NCBI GenBank assembly: GCA_963771075.1
Contig: CAVYSE010000007.1
Span: 128,001-192,000 of the forward strand
DNA length: 64,000 nt
Direction of reading: 5' to 3'
Source: a candidate division FCPU426 bacterium
GTDB taxonomy: Bacteria; Oederibacteriota; Muellerivitia; Muellerivitales; Muellerivitaceae
In this document: positions 47,859 to 57,966 of the stretch, piece by piece
Layout of the letters: every line of letters begins with the position of its first letter
Position numbering within the stretch: position 1 is the first letter of the stretch
Position numbers and translations under genes: made by a program
The notes under the pieces: generated by a model
Database searches by the model: none
Seen by the model: the letters and a program-made list of their open reading frames with translations, nothing else
Told to the model about the DNA's origin: nothing

Positions 47859-48370
47859 AACCAAAAGAAATGGAAATCAGACCCGGCAAAATTATTGGGC
47901 TCTATCCAGGTTCTTTTGACCCGGTGACTAATGGCCATTTGGATATAGCGGTTCGTGCGCTCAAACTTTGCGATGAACTGCATATCGCGGTGGTGGCCAA
48001 CCCCCTTAAGAGCGCTTTTTTTTCAGTTGAGAAAAGGGTTGAGTTGCTTGAAAAAACCACCCGGCATTTACCGAGGGTGGTCATTTCCTCCTTCACGGGC
48101 CTATTGGTGGATTACGCGAAGGAATTACAGGCGGGGATCATTTTCCGGGGGCTCCGGGCTGTTTCCGATTTTGAATACGAATTCCAAATGGCGTTAATGA
48201 ATCGAACGCTTCACCCCAAAATCGAGGTGGTTTTCCTGGTGCCGAGTGAAAAATTTATCTTTATTTCATCCAGCTCCATCAAGGAGGTGGCTAAGCTGGG
48301 GGGCGATGTGGGCGGTTTTGTGTCCCCGGTGGTTCAAAAGGCCCTTCGAGAACGCAATGGGATGCGGTGA
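47855..48370 (+). CDS. coaD: Pantetheine-phosphate adenylyltransferase
   Basis: YPGSFDPVTNGHLD, RGLRAVSDFEYEFQMA, ISSS.IKE. Confidence 0.97.
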   Translation: MKPKEMEIRPGKIIGLYPGSFDPVTNGHLDIAVRALKLCDELHIAVVANPLKSAFFSVEKRVELLEKTTRHLPRVVISSFTGLLVDYAKELQAGIIFRGLRAVSDFEYEFQMALMNRTLHPKIEVVFLVPSEKFIFISSSSIKEVAKLGGDVGGFVSPVVQKALRERNGMR

Positions 48371-48422
48371 GATCGGGATTTACCTTCGATCACGACCCTA
48401 ACCGGGGTGCTTAGGTATTTTC

Positions 48423-48452
48423 TTGACACTGAAAGAGGCTGATTTTTATAAT
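48423..48452 (+). promoter_or_regulatory. Consensus sigma70 promoter of the DUF177-rpmF-plsX-fab operon
   Basis: TTGACA 48423-48428, 18 nt, TATAAT 48447-48452. Confidence 0.75.
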
Positions 48453-48544
48453 CCACCTCTGCTTTTAATTGCTTTTCAACCTATTGGGATTGAGCTTTTC
48501 GCGCTCGAAGCCGCAGGTTGGGGCTTGGGGGAGGAGCGCGGTCC

Positions 48545-49069
48545 ATGTTGACAGTTGATGTTCGCGCCCTGGATCGGGAAGAGGCCCTCATCCATCAAAA
48601 GGATTGGGCTTCCGCGCTTGGGATTGAATTGGATCCGGGCTTGACGGCCTCTCCTTGCGAAATCTTTTGTCGGATTTCTAAAAGCGGTGGATTTATTTCG
48701 GCGAACGGCTGGGTTTCGACGAAATTGAGGCTTTTATGCGACCGATGCCTCAAAAATTTTGAAAAAGATTATAAATCTTACTTCGAAGTTCATTTCCGCC
48801 CGAAGTCGGATGCGGTCGAAGAAGAAGTCCCGGAAGCGATGGTCAATCCGGGAGAGATGGAAACAGTTTATTTTGACGGGGAAATGCTTGATATTGGGGA
48901 GCAGGTCCGTCAAACATTACTTCTTTCCGTCCCCATGCGCTCCCTTTGCCGGGAGGATTGCCAGGGGCTTTGCGCGCAATGTGGTTGCGATTTAAATTTA
49001 GAGAAGTGTAACTGTTCCGGGCCTCCTCCCGATCACCGGTGGGATGCCCTTAAAAACTGGAAAACCTAA
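48545..49069 (+). CDS. DUF177 (YceD family) protein
   Basis: CDRCL, PMRSLCREDCQGLCAQCG.DLN...C.C, DHRWDALK; directly before rpmF. Confidence 0.93.
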   Translation: MLTVDVRALDREEALIHQKDWASALGIELDPGLTASPCEIFCRISKSGGFISANGWVSTKLRLLCDRCLKNFEKDYKSYFEVHFRPKSDAVEEEVPEAMVNPGEMETVYFDGEMLDIGEQVRQTLLLSVPMRSLCREDCQGLCAQCGCDLNLEKCNCSGPPPDHRWDALKNWKT

Positions 49070-49135
49070 ACCCCTTTAATTGAAAGGGAGGCAGGAAGCG
49101 GGATATTCCCGCTCGACAATGATTCGGAGGACTCG

Positions 49136-49318
49136 ATGGCTAATCCAAAAAGGCGGCATTCCCGTCAGCGCCGCGACAAACGCCGTACCAACTGGAAAAT
49201 CAAGACGAAGTCCCTTTCGGTTTGCCCCCAATGCAAGAGCGCGAAGTTGCCACACCGCGTTTGCCCGAATTGCGGGTACTATAAGGGAAAAGAAGTCGTC
49301 ACCGTCGATATCGCCTGA
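49136..49318 (+). CDS. rpmF: 50S ribosomal protein L32
   Basis: MANPKRRHS..RRDKRR, CPQC...PHRVCPNCGYYKG. Confidence 0.98.
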   Translation: MANPKRRHSRQRRDKRRTNWKIKTKSLSVCPQCKSAKLPHRVCPNCGYYKGKEVVTVDIA

Positions 49319-49333
49319 GTTGACCTCCTTTTC

Positions 49334-50401
49334 ATGAAAATCGCCCTCGATGCGATGGGAGGAGATCACGCCCCAAGGGAGATCGTGTTAGGCGCGGTCA
49401 TGGCCGTGAAAGATTCCGAGGTCATGGAAATGGCCAAGGGCGACCTTCACGTGGTGCTGGTCGGGAAAAAAGAAGAGATCGAAAAGATCCTGTCCGACGC
49501 CGGAACCTACCCTCAATCCGCCATTTCGGTTGTTGATGCGCGCGAAGTCGTAGGGATGGCCGAGAGTCCTGCCCAGGCCTGCAAGCAAAAAAGAGATTCT
49601 TCCATTGTTCGCTGTACCGAACTGGTGAAATCCAAAGAAGTCGACGCCTGCGTTTCGGCCGGAAACTCGGGGGCCACGATGGCCGCCGCACTTATGACAT
49701 GCGGCCGTTTGGACGGTGTTTACCGTCCGGCCATCGTGACGATGGTTCCCAGCGTGAACGGTGTTTCGGTGCTGGTGGATGCGGGTGCCAACGTGGATTG
49801 CAAAGCCAAACACCTTCTTCAATTCGCGCTCATGGGGGACGTGTTTGCCCGTACGGTGCTCAACTTCAAGGAACCCCGGGTAGGGCTTCTCTCAATCGGC
49901 GAGGAGGAAAGCAAGGGGAATGAATTGGTTTTTGGCGCCCAAGCCCTTCTGAAGAAGGTTCCATTGAATTACATCGGTAATATTGAAGGCCGGGACATCG
50001 TGAATGGAAATTGCGACGTCACGGTTTGCGACGGTTTCGTAGGGAATGTAACCTTAAAAGCCATTGAGGGTGTGGGCGAACTGGTGTTTACATTGCTCAA
50101 AAAGGAAATTGGATCCAATTTGTTCACTTTGCTGGGCGGGTTGTTGGCCGGGCCGGCTTTCAGGCGTTTTAAACGGAGCGTGGACTACCAGGAATATGGT
50201 GGCGCACCTTTGTTGGGAATTAATGGGCTGAGTTTGATCAGCCATGGGAAATCCAACGCGTTAACCATGAAAAACGCCATCCGGGCGACGCTGAAGTGCC
50301 TCAACCGCAATATGACCCAGGTGTTAAAAGAACAAATACTTCAATATGGGCAAGTGAATGATAAGCCGGATCCAAAGTCACCGATGGGGGAGCCAACGTG
50401 A
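49334..50401 (+). CDS. plsX: Phosphate acyltransferase PlsX
   Basis: IALDAMGGDHAP, SAGNSGA, DAGANVD, IGEEESKG, GNIEGRD, CDGFVGN..LK, HGKS. Confidence 0.97.
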   Translation: MKIALDAMGGDHAPREIVLGAVMAVKDSEVMEMAKGDLHVVLVGKKEEIEKILSDAGTYPQSAISVVDAREVVGMAESPAQACKQKRDSSIVRCTELVKSKEVDACVSAGNSGATMAAALMTCGRLDGVYRPAIVTMVPSVNGVSVLVDAGANVDCKAKHLLQFALMGDVFARTVLNFKEPRVGLLSIGEEESKGNELVFGAQALLKKVPLNYIGNIEGRDIVNGNCDVTVCDGFVGNVTLKAIEGVGELVFTLLKKEIGSNLFTLLGGLLAGPAFRRFKRSVDYQEYGGAPLLGINGLSLISHGKSNALTMKNAIRATLKCLNRNMTQVLKEQILQYGQVNDKPDPKSPMGEPT

Positions 50402-51390
50402 GCGATTTAGGCCGTGTCGGCATTTTGGGAACGGGTTCCTATATCCCGGATAAAATCATTACGAATCAATACATTGAAAGCCTGGTGGATACCACCGACG
50501 AGTGGATCGTGACCCGAACGGGGATCAAAGAGCGCCGGATGGCACGGCCGGACGAGTGCAATTCGGACATGGCGGTGGCGGCTTCCAAGAAAGCTTTGGA
50601 GTCGGCGGGCCTTTCCCCGAAGGATATCAATCTCATTATCATGGCGACCATTACTCCGGATATGCCAACTCCGGCGACCTCTTGCATCGTCCAGGCCAAG
50701 TTGGGTGCCTTTCCCGCGGCGGCTTTTGATATCTCGGCCGCCTGCTCGGGGTTTGTTTATGGATTGACACTCGCGAAATCCCTGGTTCAAAGCGGACAGT
50801 TCAAAAATATCCTCCTCATCGGCGGGGAAAAGTTGACCTCCTTCACCGATTGGAAGGACCGGGGATCCTGCATGTTGTTTGGGGACGGGGCGGGAGCGGT
50901 CATTGTTGGGAATTACGCCGACGGAACCCCTGAAATTCTCTCGGCTTTCGTGACCGCCAATGGCCAGGACGCGGATCTTTTGAAAATCCCAGGCGGCGGT
51001 TCCCAGGTCCCGCCCAGCGAGTCTTCCCTCCGGGACAACATGCATACGTTGAAAATGCAGGGCCGGGAAGTGTTTAAAATCGCTGTCAAGGTGATGTCCG
51101 ATGCCGTTCTTGAAAGCCTAAAACGATCGGGCTTAACCCTGGACCAAGTGGATTTGGTCATTCCCCATCAAGCCAACCTTCGGATCATTCAAGCCATCGC
51201 GGAAAGGCTTCAATTACCTGAAAATAAGTTTTTCGTTAATATCGACAAAGTTGGCAATACATCCGCTGCTTCCGTGGCGATCGCCCTGGATCACGCGGTT
51301 CATCAGGGCCGCGTGCGCAAAGGCATGAATATCGTTCTTGTGGCTTTTGGGGCGGGAACCACCCTCGCTTCCACTGTGCTGAGGTGGTGA
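50398..51390 (+). CDS. fabH: 3-oxoacyl-ACP synthase III
   Basis: DTTDEWIVTRTGI, DISAACSGF, FGDGAGA, PHQANLRI, GNTSAAS. Confidence 0.97.
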   Translation: MSDLGRVGILGTGSYIPDKIITNQYIESLVDTTDEWIVTRTGIKERRMARPDECNSDMAVAASKKALESAGLSPKDINLIIMATITPDMPTPATSCIVQAKLGAFPAAAFDISAACSGFVYGLTLAKSLVQSGQFKNILLIGGEKLTSFTDWKDRGSCMLFGDGAGAVIVGNYADGTPEILSAFVTANGQDADLLKIPGGGSQVPPSESSLRDNMHTLKMQGREVFKIAVKVMSDAVLESLKRSGLTLDQVDLVIPHQANLRIIQAIAERLQLPENKFFVNIDKVGNTSAASVAIALDHAVHQGRVRKGMNIVLVAFGAGTTLASTVLRW

Positions 51391-51392
51391 GC

Positions 51393-52319
51393 ATGGGCAA
51401 GATCGCGTGGGTTTTTCCGGGTCAAGGTTCACAATTTGTCGGCATGGGAAAGGATTTGGCCTCGACCTATCCCGAATGCCGGGAATTGTTCGCTACGGCG
51501 GATACCATCTTGGGTTTTTCCCTTTCCGCGCTTTGTTTCAATGGCCCTGAGGATGAATTGAAAAACACCATCAATACCCAACCCGCCATCTTGACCCATT
51601 CGGTCGCGGTGGGTCGGGTCCTTCGAAAGTTGGGGCGAACTCCGAACGCAGTTGTCGGACATAGCCTGGGCGCCTACAGCGCCTTGGTGGAGGCGAAAGT
51701 TTTAACCTTCGAGGATGCCCTTCGGTTGGTTCGCCGCAGGGGGGAACTGATGGAATCTTCGGGTCAAGGAAAAGGATCCATGGCGGTCATCCTGGGTCTG
51801 GACGAGGATAAGGTTCGGGAAGCCTGCGCCCAAGCCTCCGGAGAGGAAATCGTGGAACCCGCCAATGTCAATTGCCCGGGTCAAATCGTTATCTCTGGAA
51901 ACACCCAGGCGGTCCACCTGGCTTGCGAAAAAGCCAAAGCCTTGGGCGCCAAGAGGGCAATGTTATTGCCCGTCAGCGGCCCTTTTCATAGCAGCCTCAT
52001 GAAACCGGCTGCGGAGGAATTTCAAAAAATCCTGGCCTCGGTCCCATTCCGGGAACCCCAAGTGCCCTATTATTCCGACATCGACGCCGTTGAAATAAAA
52101 GATCCGATCGCGATCCGGGAAAGTTTGGTCCGTCAACTGCTTGCCCCGGTTCAGTGGATCAATGTAGTGAAGACCCTTTCCGCCCATGGGATGGATTCAT
52201 TCCTCGAAGTGGGACCGGGAAAGGTATTATGCGGTTTAATTGGGAAAATATCGAAGGAAGCCCAAACACAAAACGCTGGGGATTCGGCGTCCTTAAAAAC
52301 CCTGATAGGAGTTATATGA
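51393..52319 (+). CDS. fabD: Malonyl-CoA:ACP transacylase
   Basis: FPGQGSQ, TQPAI, GHSLG, VSGPFHS, EVGPGKVL. Confidence 0.97.
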   Translation: MGKIAWVFPGQGSQFVGMGKDLASTYPECRELFATADTILGFSLSALCFNGPEDELKNTINTQPAILTHSVAVGRVLRKLGRTPNAVVGHSLGAYSALVEAKVLTFEDALRLVRRRGELMESSGQGKGSMAVILGLDEDKVREACAQASGEEIVEPANVNCPGQIVISGNTQAVHLACEKAKALGAKRAMLLPVSGPFHSSLMKPAAEEFQKILASVPFREPQVPYYSDIDAVEIKDPIAIRESLVRQLLAPVQWINVVKTLSAHGMDSFLEVGPGKVLCGLIGKISKEAQTQNAGDSASLKTLIGVI

Positions 52320-53056
52320 TCTTCAAAGACAAGGTAGCGGTAGTCACAGGAGGCAGCCGGGGTATTGGAAAGACGATCGCCCTCGGATTGGCCAAGGGGG
52401 GAGCCTCGGTGGCCATTTGCAGCAACGTTCCGGAGGGGATGGATGAGACGGTCAAGGAAATCGAATCCTTTGGAGTGAAGGGGTTGTCCTGTTTAACGGA
52501 CGTGTCCAAAGGCGTCGACGTGGAAGCTTTTGCGGCCAAGGTGCTCGAGACTTTCGGAAAGGTCGATATCCTGGTCAACAACGCGGGCATTACGCGCGAT
52601 AACCTGATGCTTCGCATGACGGAGTCGGATTGGGATCTGGTGCTATCCATCAATTTAAAAAGCGCGTTTCTTGTCACGAAAGAGTTCGTGAAACCGATGA
52701 TGAAGGCCCGCTCGGGACGCATCGTTAACATTGCCTCGGTGGTGGGGGTGCGCGGGAACGCGGGGCAGGCCAATTACTCCGCCAGCAAGGCCGGGTTGAT
52801 CGGTTTGACCAAAACCACCGCTCGGGAATTCGCGAGCCGCAACGTCAATTGCAACGCGGTGGCGCCTGGGTATATCCAAACGCAGATGACCCAGGCCTTA
52901 AACGAGAAAGCCAAGGAAGCCCTGTTGAAAGAGATTCCCTTGGGTCGGCTGGGTGAAACGGAAGATGTAGCCCAGGCGGTCATGTTTCTAGCCTCCGATG
53001 CCGCCCGTTATATCACTGGACAAGTGATTTGCGTTGACGGGGGAATGGTGATATAA
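52316..53056 (+). CDS. fabG: 3-oxoacyl-ACP reductase
   Basis: TGGSRGIG, NNAGITRD, GNAGQANYSASKAG, VDGGM; ATGA overlap with fabD. Confidence 0.97.
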   Translation: MIFKDKVAVVTGGSRGIGKTIALGLAKGGASVAICSNVPEGMDETVKEIESFGVKGLSCLTDVSKGVDVEAFAAKVLETFGKVDILVNNAGITRDNLMLRMTESDWDLVLSINLKSAFLVTKEFVKPMMKARSGRIVNIASVVGVRGNAGQANYSASKAGLIGLTKTTAREFASRNVNCNAVAPGYIQTQMTQALNEKAKEALLKEIPLGRLGETEDVAQAVMFLASDAARYITGQVICVDGGMVI

Positions 53057-53137
53057 GAAACTGCTTTTTCGACTGGAAAAGGCAGCGGATGAGGGATGTT
53101 TGGCGGTGAGCCGTTAATAATTCAGGAGGTTGTTTCA

Positions 53138-53374
53138 ATGGCAATTGAAGATAAGGTGAAAGAAATTATCGTGGATCAGCTGGGAGTCGAAGCGGAGCAG
53201 GTAAAGCCGGAAGCTTCCTTCGTGGACGATTTGGGCGCTGATTCCCTGGACACGGTGGAGTTGGTCATGGCTTTTGAGGAAGAGTTTGACCTGGAAATTC
53301 CCGACGAGGACGCTGAAAAGATCAAGTCCGTCGGTGACGCCATCAATTACATTAAATCCAAGGCATCGGAATAA
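53138..53374 (+). CDS. acpP: Acyl carrier protein
   Basis: [30 protein letters not shown]. Confidence 0.98.
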   Translation: MAIEDKVKEIIVDQLGVEAEQVKPEASFVDDLGADSLDTVELVMAFEEEFDLEIPDEDAEKIKSVGDAINYIKSKASE

Positions 53375-53403
53375 TCCCGACCGCCGTTTTTTAGGAGGAT
53401 TTC

Positions 53404-54648
53404 TTGAAACGTGTCGTCGTAACCGGCCTCGGGGCAATCACGCCGAACGGTAACAATCCCGAAGAATTCTTTAAGAATATTTGCGATGGAAAGAGTGGGA
53501 TAGCCCCCGTGACGCGTTTTGACACGTCCCGGATTCCTTGCAAAATTGGCGGGGAAGTCAAGGGATTCGACCCGGTTCAGTTTGGGATCCAAAAAAAAGA
53601 CCTCAAAAAAATGGATTATTTTGTCCAATATGCCGTGGCGGCTTCCCTCCAGGCCGTGGCGGACGCGAAGTTGGACCTATCAAAGGAAGATCCGACCCGT
53701 ATCGGTGTCCTGATCGGCTCGGGTATCGGGGGTCTGCCGGTTTTAGTCGAGCAGCATACCCGACTCTTGGAAAAGGGGCCGGATCGGGTTTCACCCTTTT
53801 TGATTCCCATGATGATCATCAATATGGCTTCCGGCATGGTGGCGATTTATCTCCAAGCCCAGGGACCTAATACCGGAACCGTTTCGGCTTGCGCCTCGGG
53901 CGCCCATGGAATTGGTGAAGCCACCCGGTGGATCCAAAACGGGGACGCGGATGTGGTGATCGCGGGAGGAACGGAAGGTTGTATTACCGAATTGGGATAC
54001 GCCGGTTTTTCCAACATGCACGCCCTTTGCACCGATGGAAACGATCATCCCACCAAAGCCAGCCGTCCATTCGACCTGAATCGGTCCGGCTTCGTGATGG
54101 GAGAAGGCGCCGGTGTGGTGGTTTTGGAATCCCTTGAACACGCACAAGCCCGGGGAGCCCGGATCTACGCCGAAGCGGCCGGTTACGGCATGACCTGCGA
54201 CGCCTATCATATGACCACCCCTGCGGAGGACGGAGCGGGCGCGGCCCGTTCCATGGCCCTGGCCCTGAAAGACGCGGGAATCAATCCCGACCAAGTGGAT
54301 TACATCAACGCCCATGGGACCTCCACCCCTTACAACGATAAATTCGAAACCATGGCCATCAAGACGGTTTTTAAGGATCACGCGAAAAAAGTAGCTATTT
54401 CCTCCACCAAGTCCACCACGGGCCATTTGTTGGGCGCCGCGGGTGGGATTGAGTACGTGGCTTGTGTCTTGGCCATCAATCAGAGTGTTCTGCCGCCTAC
54501 GATTAACATGGAAACCCCGGATCCGGAGTGTGATTTGGATTATATTCCCAATGTCAAACGGGAAAAGCCGGTGACACTTTGCCTTTCCAATTCCCTGGGT
54601 TTTGGGGGCCACAATGTCTCTCTCGTTGTTAAAAAGTTTAATTCCTAG
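53404..54648 (+). CDS. fabF: 3-oxoacyl-ACP synthase II
   Basis: RVVVTGLG, SACASGAH, ASRPFD..R.GFVMGEGAG, YINAHGTST, KSTTGHLLGAAG, SNSLGFGGHN. Confidence 0.97.
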   Translation: MKRVVVTGLGAITPNGNNPEEFFKNICDGKSGIAPVTRFDTSRIPCKIGGEVKGFDPVQFGIQKKDLKKMDYFVQYAVAASLQAVADAKLDLSKEDPTRIGVLIGSGIGGLPVLVEQHTRLLEKGPDRVSPFLIPMMIINMASGMVAIYLQAQGPNTGTVSACASGAHGIGEATRWIQNGDADVVIAGGTEGCITELGYAGFSNMHALCTDGNDHPTKASRPFDLNRSGFVMGEGAGVVVLESLEHAQARGARIYAEAAGYGMTCDAYHMTTPAEDGAGAARSMALALKDAGINPDQVDYINAHGTSTPYNDKFETMAIKTVFKDHAKKVAISSTKSTTGHLLGAAGGIEYVACVLAINQSVLPPTINMETPDPECDLDYIPNVKREKPVTLCLSNSLGFGGHNVSLVVKKFNS

Positions 54649-55421
54649 TTCCCGTAAGAAATCCCCCGATGGGGAACCGGTCGAGAAAGTCCGATTGGCC
54701 GAATTAAAGGACCTCTCCCGCCGTTTAGGCGTTCCCCTGGGAAATCCAACCCTCCTGAACGAAGCTTTGACCCACAAATCTTTTTCCTATGAACGCAAGC
54801 TGAACGCCCAAAGAAACAATGAAAAACTAGAGTTTTTGGGAGATTCGGTATTGGGGTTGATCGTCTCCCAATACGTATTTGAGACCTTTCCGGAAGTGAC
54901 CGAGGGTGGACTTTCCAAGGTGAAAAGCGTGGTGGTCAGCGCACAGGTTTTGGGAGAAAAAGCCAGGGGATTGGACCTGGGGCGTTTTTTGAGGCTGGGG
55001 AAAGGGGAAGAAAAAACCGGTGGTAAAAATCGGCCTTCCCTATTGGCGGACGCATTGGAAGCGGTGATTGGAGCCGTGTATTTGACATATGGGCTGGAGA
55101 TGGCCGGAAAACTCGTTTTGAACCTTCTGAAGGAAGACATCGAGGGGGTTTTTACGGGGCGACTCGAAAAAGACCATAAAACCTTATTGCAGGAGTATTT
55201 TCAAAAAACGAGAAAATTGCGCTCCCCATTATGAAATGGTGAAAGAATGGGGACCGGATCACAATCGCAGTTTCGAAGTGGCGTGCAAGGTGGAAGGGAA
55301 AAGAATCGGCCAGGGGGTCGGTAAGAGCAAAAAAGAAGCGGAGCAATTGGCCGCCCAAGAGGCGATCCGCGTTTTAGGGGTCGTGGTCACCACCCCGCAA
55401 GATCACCGAGTGAATCGTTAA
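54614..55421 (+). pseudogene. rnc: Ribonuclease III, one frameshift near 55220 in the dsRBD (probably an assembly error); start uncertain
   Basis: ALTHKS, NEKLEFLGDSVL, ADALEAVIGAVY, DHKTLLQEY; next frame APHYEMVKEWGPDH..F...G.GKSKKEAEQ.AA. Confidence 0.93.
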
Positions 55422-55432
55422 GGAGGCCTTTA

Positions 55433-55687
55433 ATGGCGAAAACCGTGGGAACCACTTTTTTATTCATTCTATTGGGAGGCATATTGGGCGGATATCTTGG
55501 CGAATTAATGGCGCTCTTGATACCGACAGGGTTCTTCCACGATCTTTTCACCAAGGGTTTTTCCCTGGGGTTTAACGACCCCCTCGTCTTCAATTTGCGG
55601 ATTATCGTGCTGACTTTCGGCGTGAAGATTTTCTTGAATCTTTTCGGCCTTTTAGGAATGATCACCGGATTGTTCATCGCAAAATAG
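55433..55687 (+). CDS. DUF4321 family small membrane protein
   Basis: ILLGGILGGYLGE...P.VFNLRIIVLTFG..I.LN..G; RBS AAGGAGG; directly before maf. Confidence 0.8.
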   Translation: MAKTVGTTFLFILLGGILGGYLGELMALLIPTGFFHDLFTKGFSLGFNDPLVFNLRIIVLTFGVKIFLNLFGLLGMITGLFIAK

Positions 55688-55690
55688 GAA

Positions 55691-56287
55691 ATGGTTCTGA
55701 AAAAAACACTTCTGCTGGCCTCCCAATCCCCCCGGCGTCGGGCCATTTTGAACTTTTGGGGCATCCCCTTTCGAGCCGTTCCGCCCCATCAAATCAACGA
55801 AAAAGCATTCCCGGGCGAATCGCCCCGCCATTTGGTCAGCCGATTGGCCCTTCAAAAGGCCTCGCGAATTTCGAGAAGATTTTCAAACTATTTCGTGTTG
55901 GGAGCGGATACGGTCGTTGTATCGAAAGGGAAGATCCTGGGAAAACCCTTGGATTTAAGGGAAGCCTTCGGAATGATTCAAGGCCTTTCCATTCGACCCC
56001 ATTTTGTTCATACCGGTGTTGCGTTGCTGGGCCCGAAGGGGAAAAAAATAGGGATTCATGTTGAAACTTCAAGGATGGTTTTTCACGCTTTAACCCGGAA
56101 GGTGATCGAAACCTACGTCCGATCCTCCGAACCTTATGACAAGGCGGGTGCCTATGATATTCGGGGGTCCGCAGGAAAATGGGTCTCCCAAATGAATGGG
56201 GATTGTTTCAATGTGATGGGATTACCCTCCCAATGGCTCATGACCCATTTGAAGGCGATGGGTATTATTCCGTTAAGAAGGTCTTAA
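55691..56287 (+). CDS. maf: Maf-family nucleotide pyrophosphatase
   Basis: LLASQSPRR, LA..KA, GADTVV..ILGKP, EPYDKAGAY.I, NVMGLP. Confidence 0.95.
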   Translation: MVLKKTLLLASQSPRRRAILNFWGIPFRAVPPHQINEKAFPGESPRHLVSRLALQKASRISRRFSNYFVLGADTVVVSKGKILGKPLDLREAFGMIQGLSIRPHFVHTGVALLGPKGKKIGIHVETSRMVFHALTRKVIETYVRSSEPYDKAGAYDIRGSAGKWVSQMNGDCFNVMGLPSQWLMTHLKAMGIIPLRRS

Positions 56288-57731
56288 CATGGAGTTCTTT
56301 CCGCTTGGACTCCAAAAAATCCTTCAACCATTGGGCCACACGATCCTTTTTGAACGTTTCTAAAACTTTAGGCATTTCCAAAGGATCGTCCTTTTTAAAG
56401 TCTTGTGAGGGTTTTACATCGGAAATTTGAAAGAAACATTGATTATCCCCGATGGAAAGGGGACCTTTCCATTGCCCCAGGAAAAGATCGCTGAGGGCGC
56501 CCGCCGCCGTGAGGGAATCCTTCATTTGGGGTATGCCGGCCCTTCGATTAAACCAAGGCGTTTGAACGACCGTCAGGGAAAGTTCTTTTCCAATCTGATC
56601 CAAGTTTTCATTCATCTGAAGTTTGGTGCCGATTTGACTGGCGATCCCTAAAAGCTGATTGGCGCCCTTTTCTTGCCGGTATTGTTTTTCGACCTTTGAG
56701 CGAACCTCCGAATAGGTACTCTTGTGGGCGTTTTGATAGTCTTCCAATTGAATGAGGTGATATCCGAATTTAGTCTGGACCGGGTGGGATAATTCGCCTT
56801 TTTTCAGGCGGAAAAGGGTATCGTCGAATTCTTTAACCGTCCCGCCCTTATCCAGCCATCCCAATTCGCCCCCTTTGCTTTTGCTGCCGGGGTCTTGGGA
56901 AAATTGATTGGCGGCTTGAGAGAAAGTCGTTTTTCCCGCGAGAATTTGGGAACGCAAATCCTCCAGGGTTTGCTTGGCTTTCGCCTGATCCGCAGGGCTA
57001 GCGGTCGAAGGCACGCTGATGAGGATATGGCGGGCTTTGGCCTGCTCCTTAAGGTCATAACGTTCACGGTGAGAATCATAGTAATCCTTGAGATCGCCTT
57101 CATTGGCCGGGACTTTTTTCTCGTAAAACGCGGGACTCAAACTAATGAAATTGGCTTTTAAATCCCGGTTCAGGAATGCCTGATAACGCTCCACGTCGGA
57201 AGGGGTGTATAGATAACTTTCACTCAACAGCCCCTGGATCTTTTGAATGAGCATTTCCCGCTGTTGGGATGCTTCGAATTGGGCGGGGGTGAGGTTGTTT
57301 TGGTTAAGGATTTTAAAGTAAGTGTTTGCGTCGAATTTTCCGTTCTCGTCCTGGAAATAGGGCGACCTTTGAATGGCCGTTGCGACGTCATCCATTGAAA
57401 TGGTTACGCCCAAATTGCGGGCAGTCGTATCCAATATGGTTTGGTCAATTAATTGATCCAAAACACGTTGTTTTAAATGCTTGGTTTGCTCTTGGGTCGG
57501 CTCTATTTCCCCGCGGCCAAACAAATTTTCATAGGCGGGTTGATAGGCTTTGTCAAAATCGGCGTAGGTAATCTTGTCTTCACCTATTTGGGCGATGGTA
57601 TTGGGGTCGCGATTATCGCCTTTTACCCAAAATCGGCTTGTCCCTAAGAAAAGAAATCCGACGACAAAAGCGGCGATCAGCAGCCACAAGATGACCTGCA
57701 TTGTTTTTTTATCCCGCAATTGGCGCATCAT
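56265..57731 (-). CDS. Membrane-anchored SurA/PpiD-like chaperone with a parvulin PPIase domain
   Basis: MMRQLR + TM helix, IAQIGEDKI, F..NGKFD..Y, ARHILI, FSQDPGS..KGGELGW, PVQTKFGYHLI. Confidence 0.9.
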   Translation of the reverse strand: MMRQLRDKKTMQVILWLLIAAFVVGFLFLGTSRFWVKGDNRDPNTIAQIGEDKITYADFDKAYQPAYENLFGRGEIEPTQEQTKHLKQRVLDQLIDQTILDTTARNLGVTISMDDVATAIQRSPYFQDENGKFDANTYFKILNQNNLTPAQFEASQQREMLIQKIQGLLSESYLYTPSDVERYQAFLNRDLKANFISLSPAFYEKKVPANEGDLKDYYDSHRERYDLKEQAKARHILISVPSTASPADQAKAKQTLEDLRSQILAGKTTFSQAANQFSQDPGSKSKGGELGWLDKGGTVKEFDDTLFRLKKGELSHPVQTKFGYHLIQLEDYQNAHKSTYSEVRSKVEKQYRQEKGANQLLGIASQIGTKLQMNENLDQIGKELSLTVVQTPWFNRRAGIPQMKDSLTAAGALSDLFLGQWKGPLSIGDNQCFFQISDVKPSQDFKKDDPLEMPKVLETFKKDRVAQWLKDFLESKRKELHVKTFLTE

Positions 57732-57906
57732 GGAATTTGCTCCCGGTCTTTAGAATAGGCAGAAAAGGTGAAAAACTCGCGCATTATAACAGTAAATTAC
57801 GGTCCCGCAACGTTGAAGCGCTACCATTGGAGCCCTATGGGATCGGCAATGGAATGGGTGTTTTCAATTGATTTTGTCCTGAAGCGGGGTGACCCTCACG
57901 GCTTCT

Positions 57907-57937
57907 TTGACACGGGTTTCATCGCACATGTTATAAT
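57907..57937 (+). promoter_or_regulatory. Sigma70 / extended -10 promoter of the PorV-OmpA operon
   Basis: TTGACA 57907-57912 and TGTTATAAT ending 57937 (19-nt spacer, TGn motif). Confidence 0.6.
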
Positions 57938-57966
57938 CCGTCAAAACCTTCAAGTACCGGGTTTAC

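Noticed and set aside
49070..53137. Short hairpins before rpmF (49073-49116) and acpP (53062-53086)
   Set aside because: Likely ordinary mRNA-stabilising or processing stems; no distinguishing motif.
1865..54777. Long shadow ORFs (for example 1865-2767 +, 12268-13320 -, 15360-16178 -, 29209-30009 -, 53791-54777 -)
   Set aside because: They overlap confidently identified genes and reflect GC-rich codon bias; no motifs.
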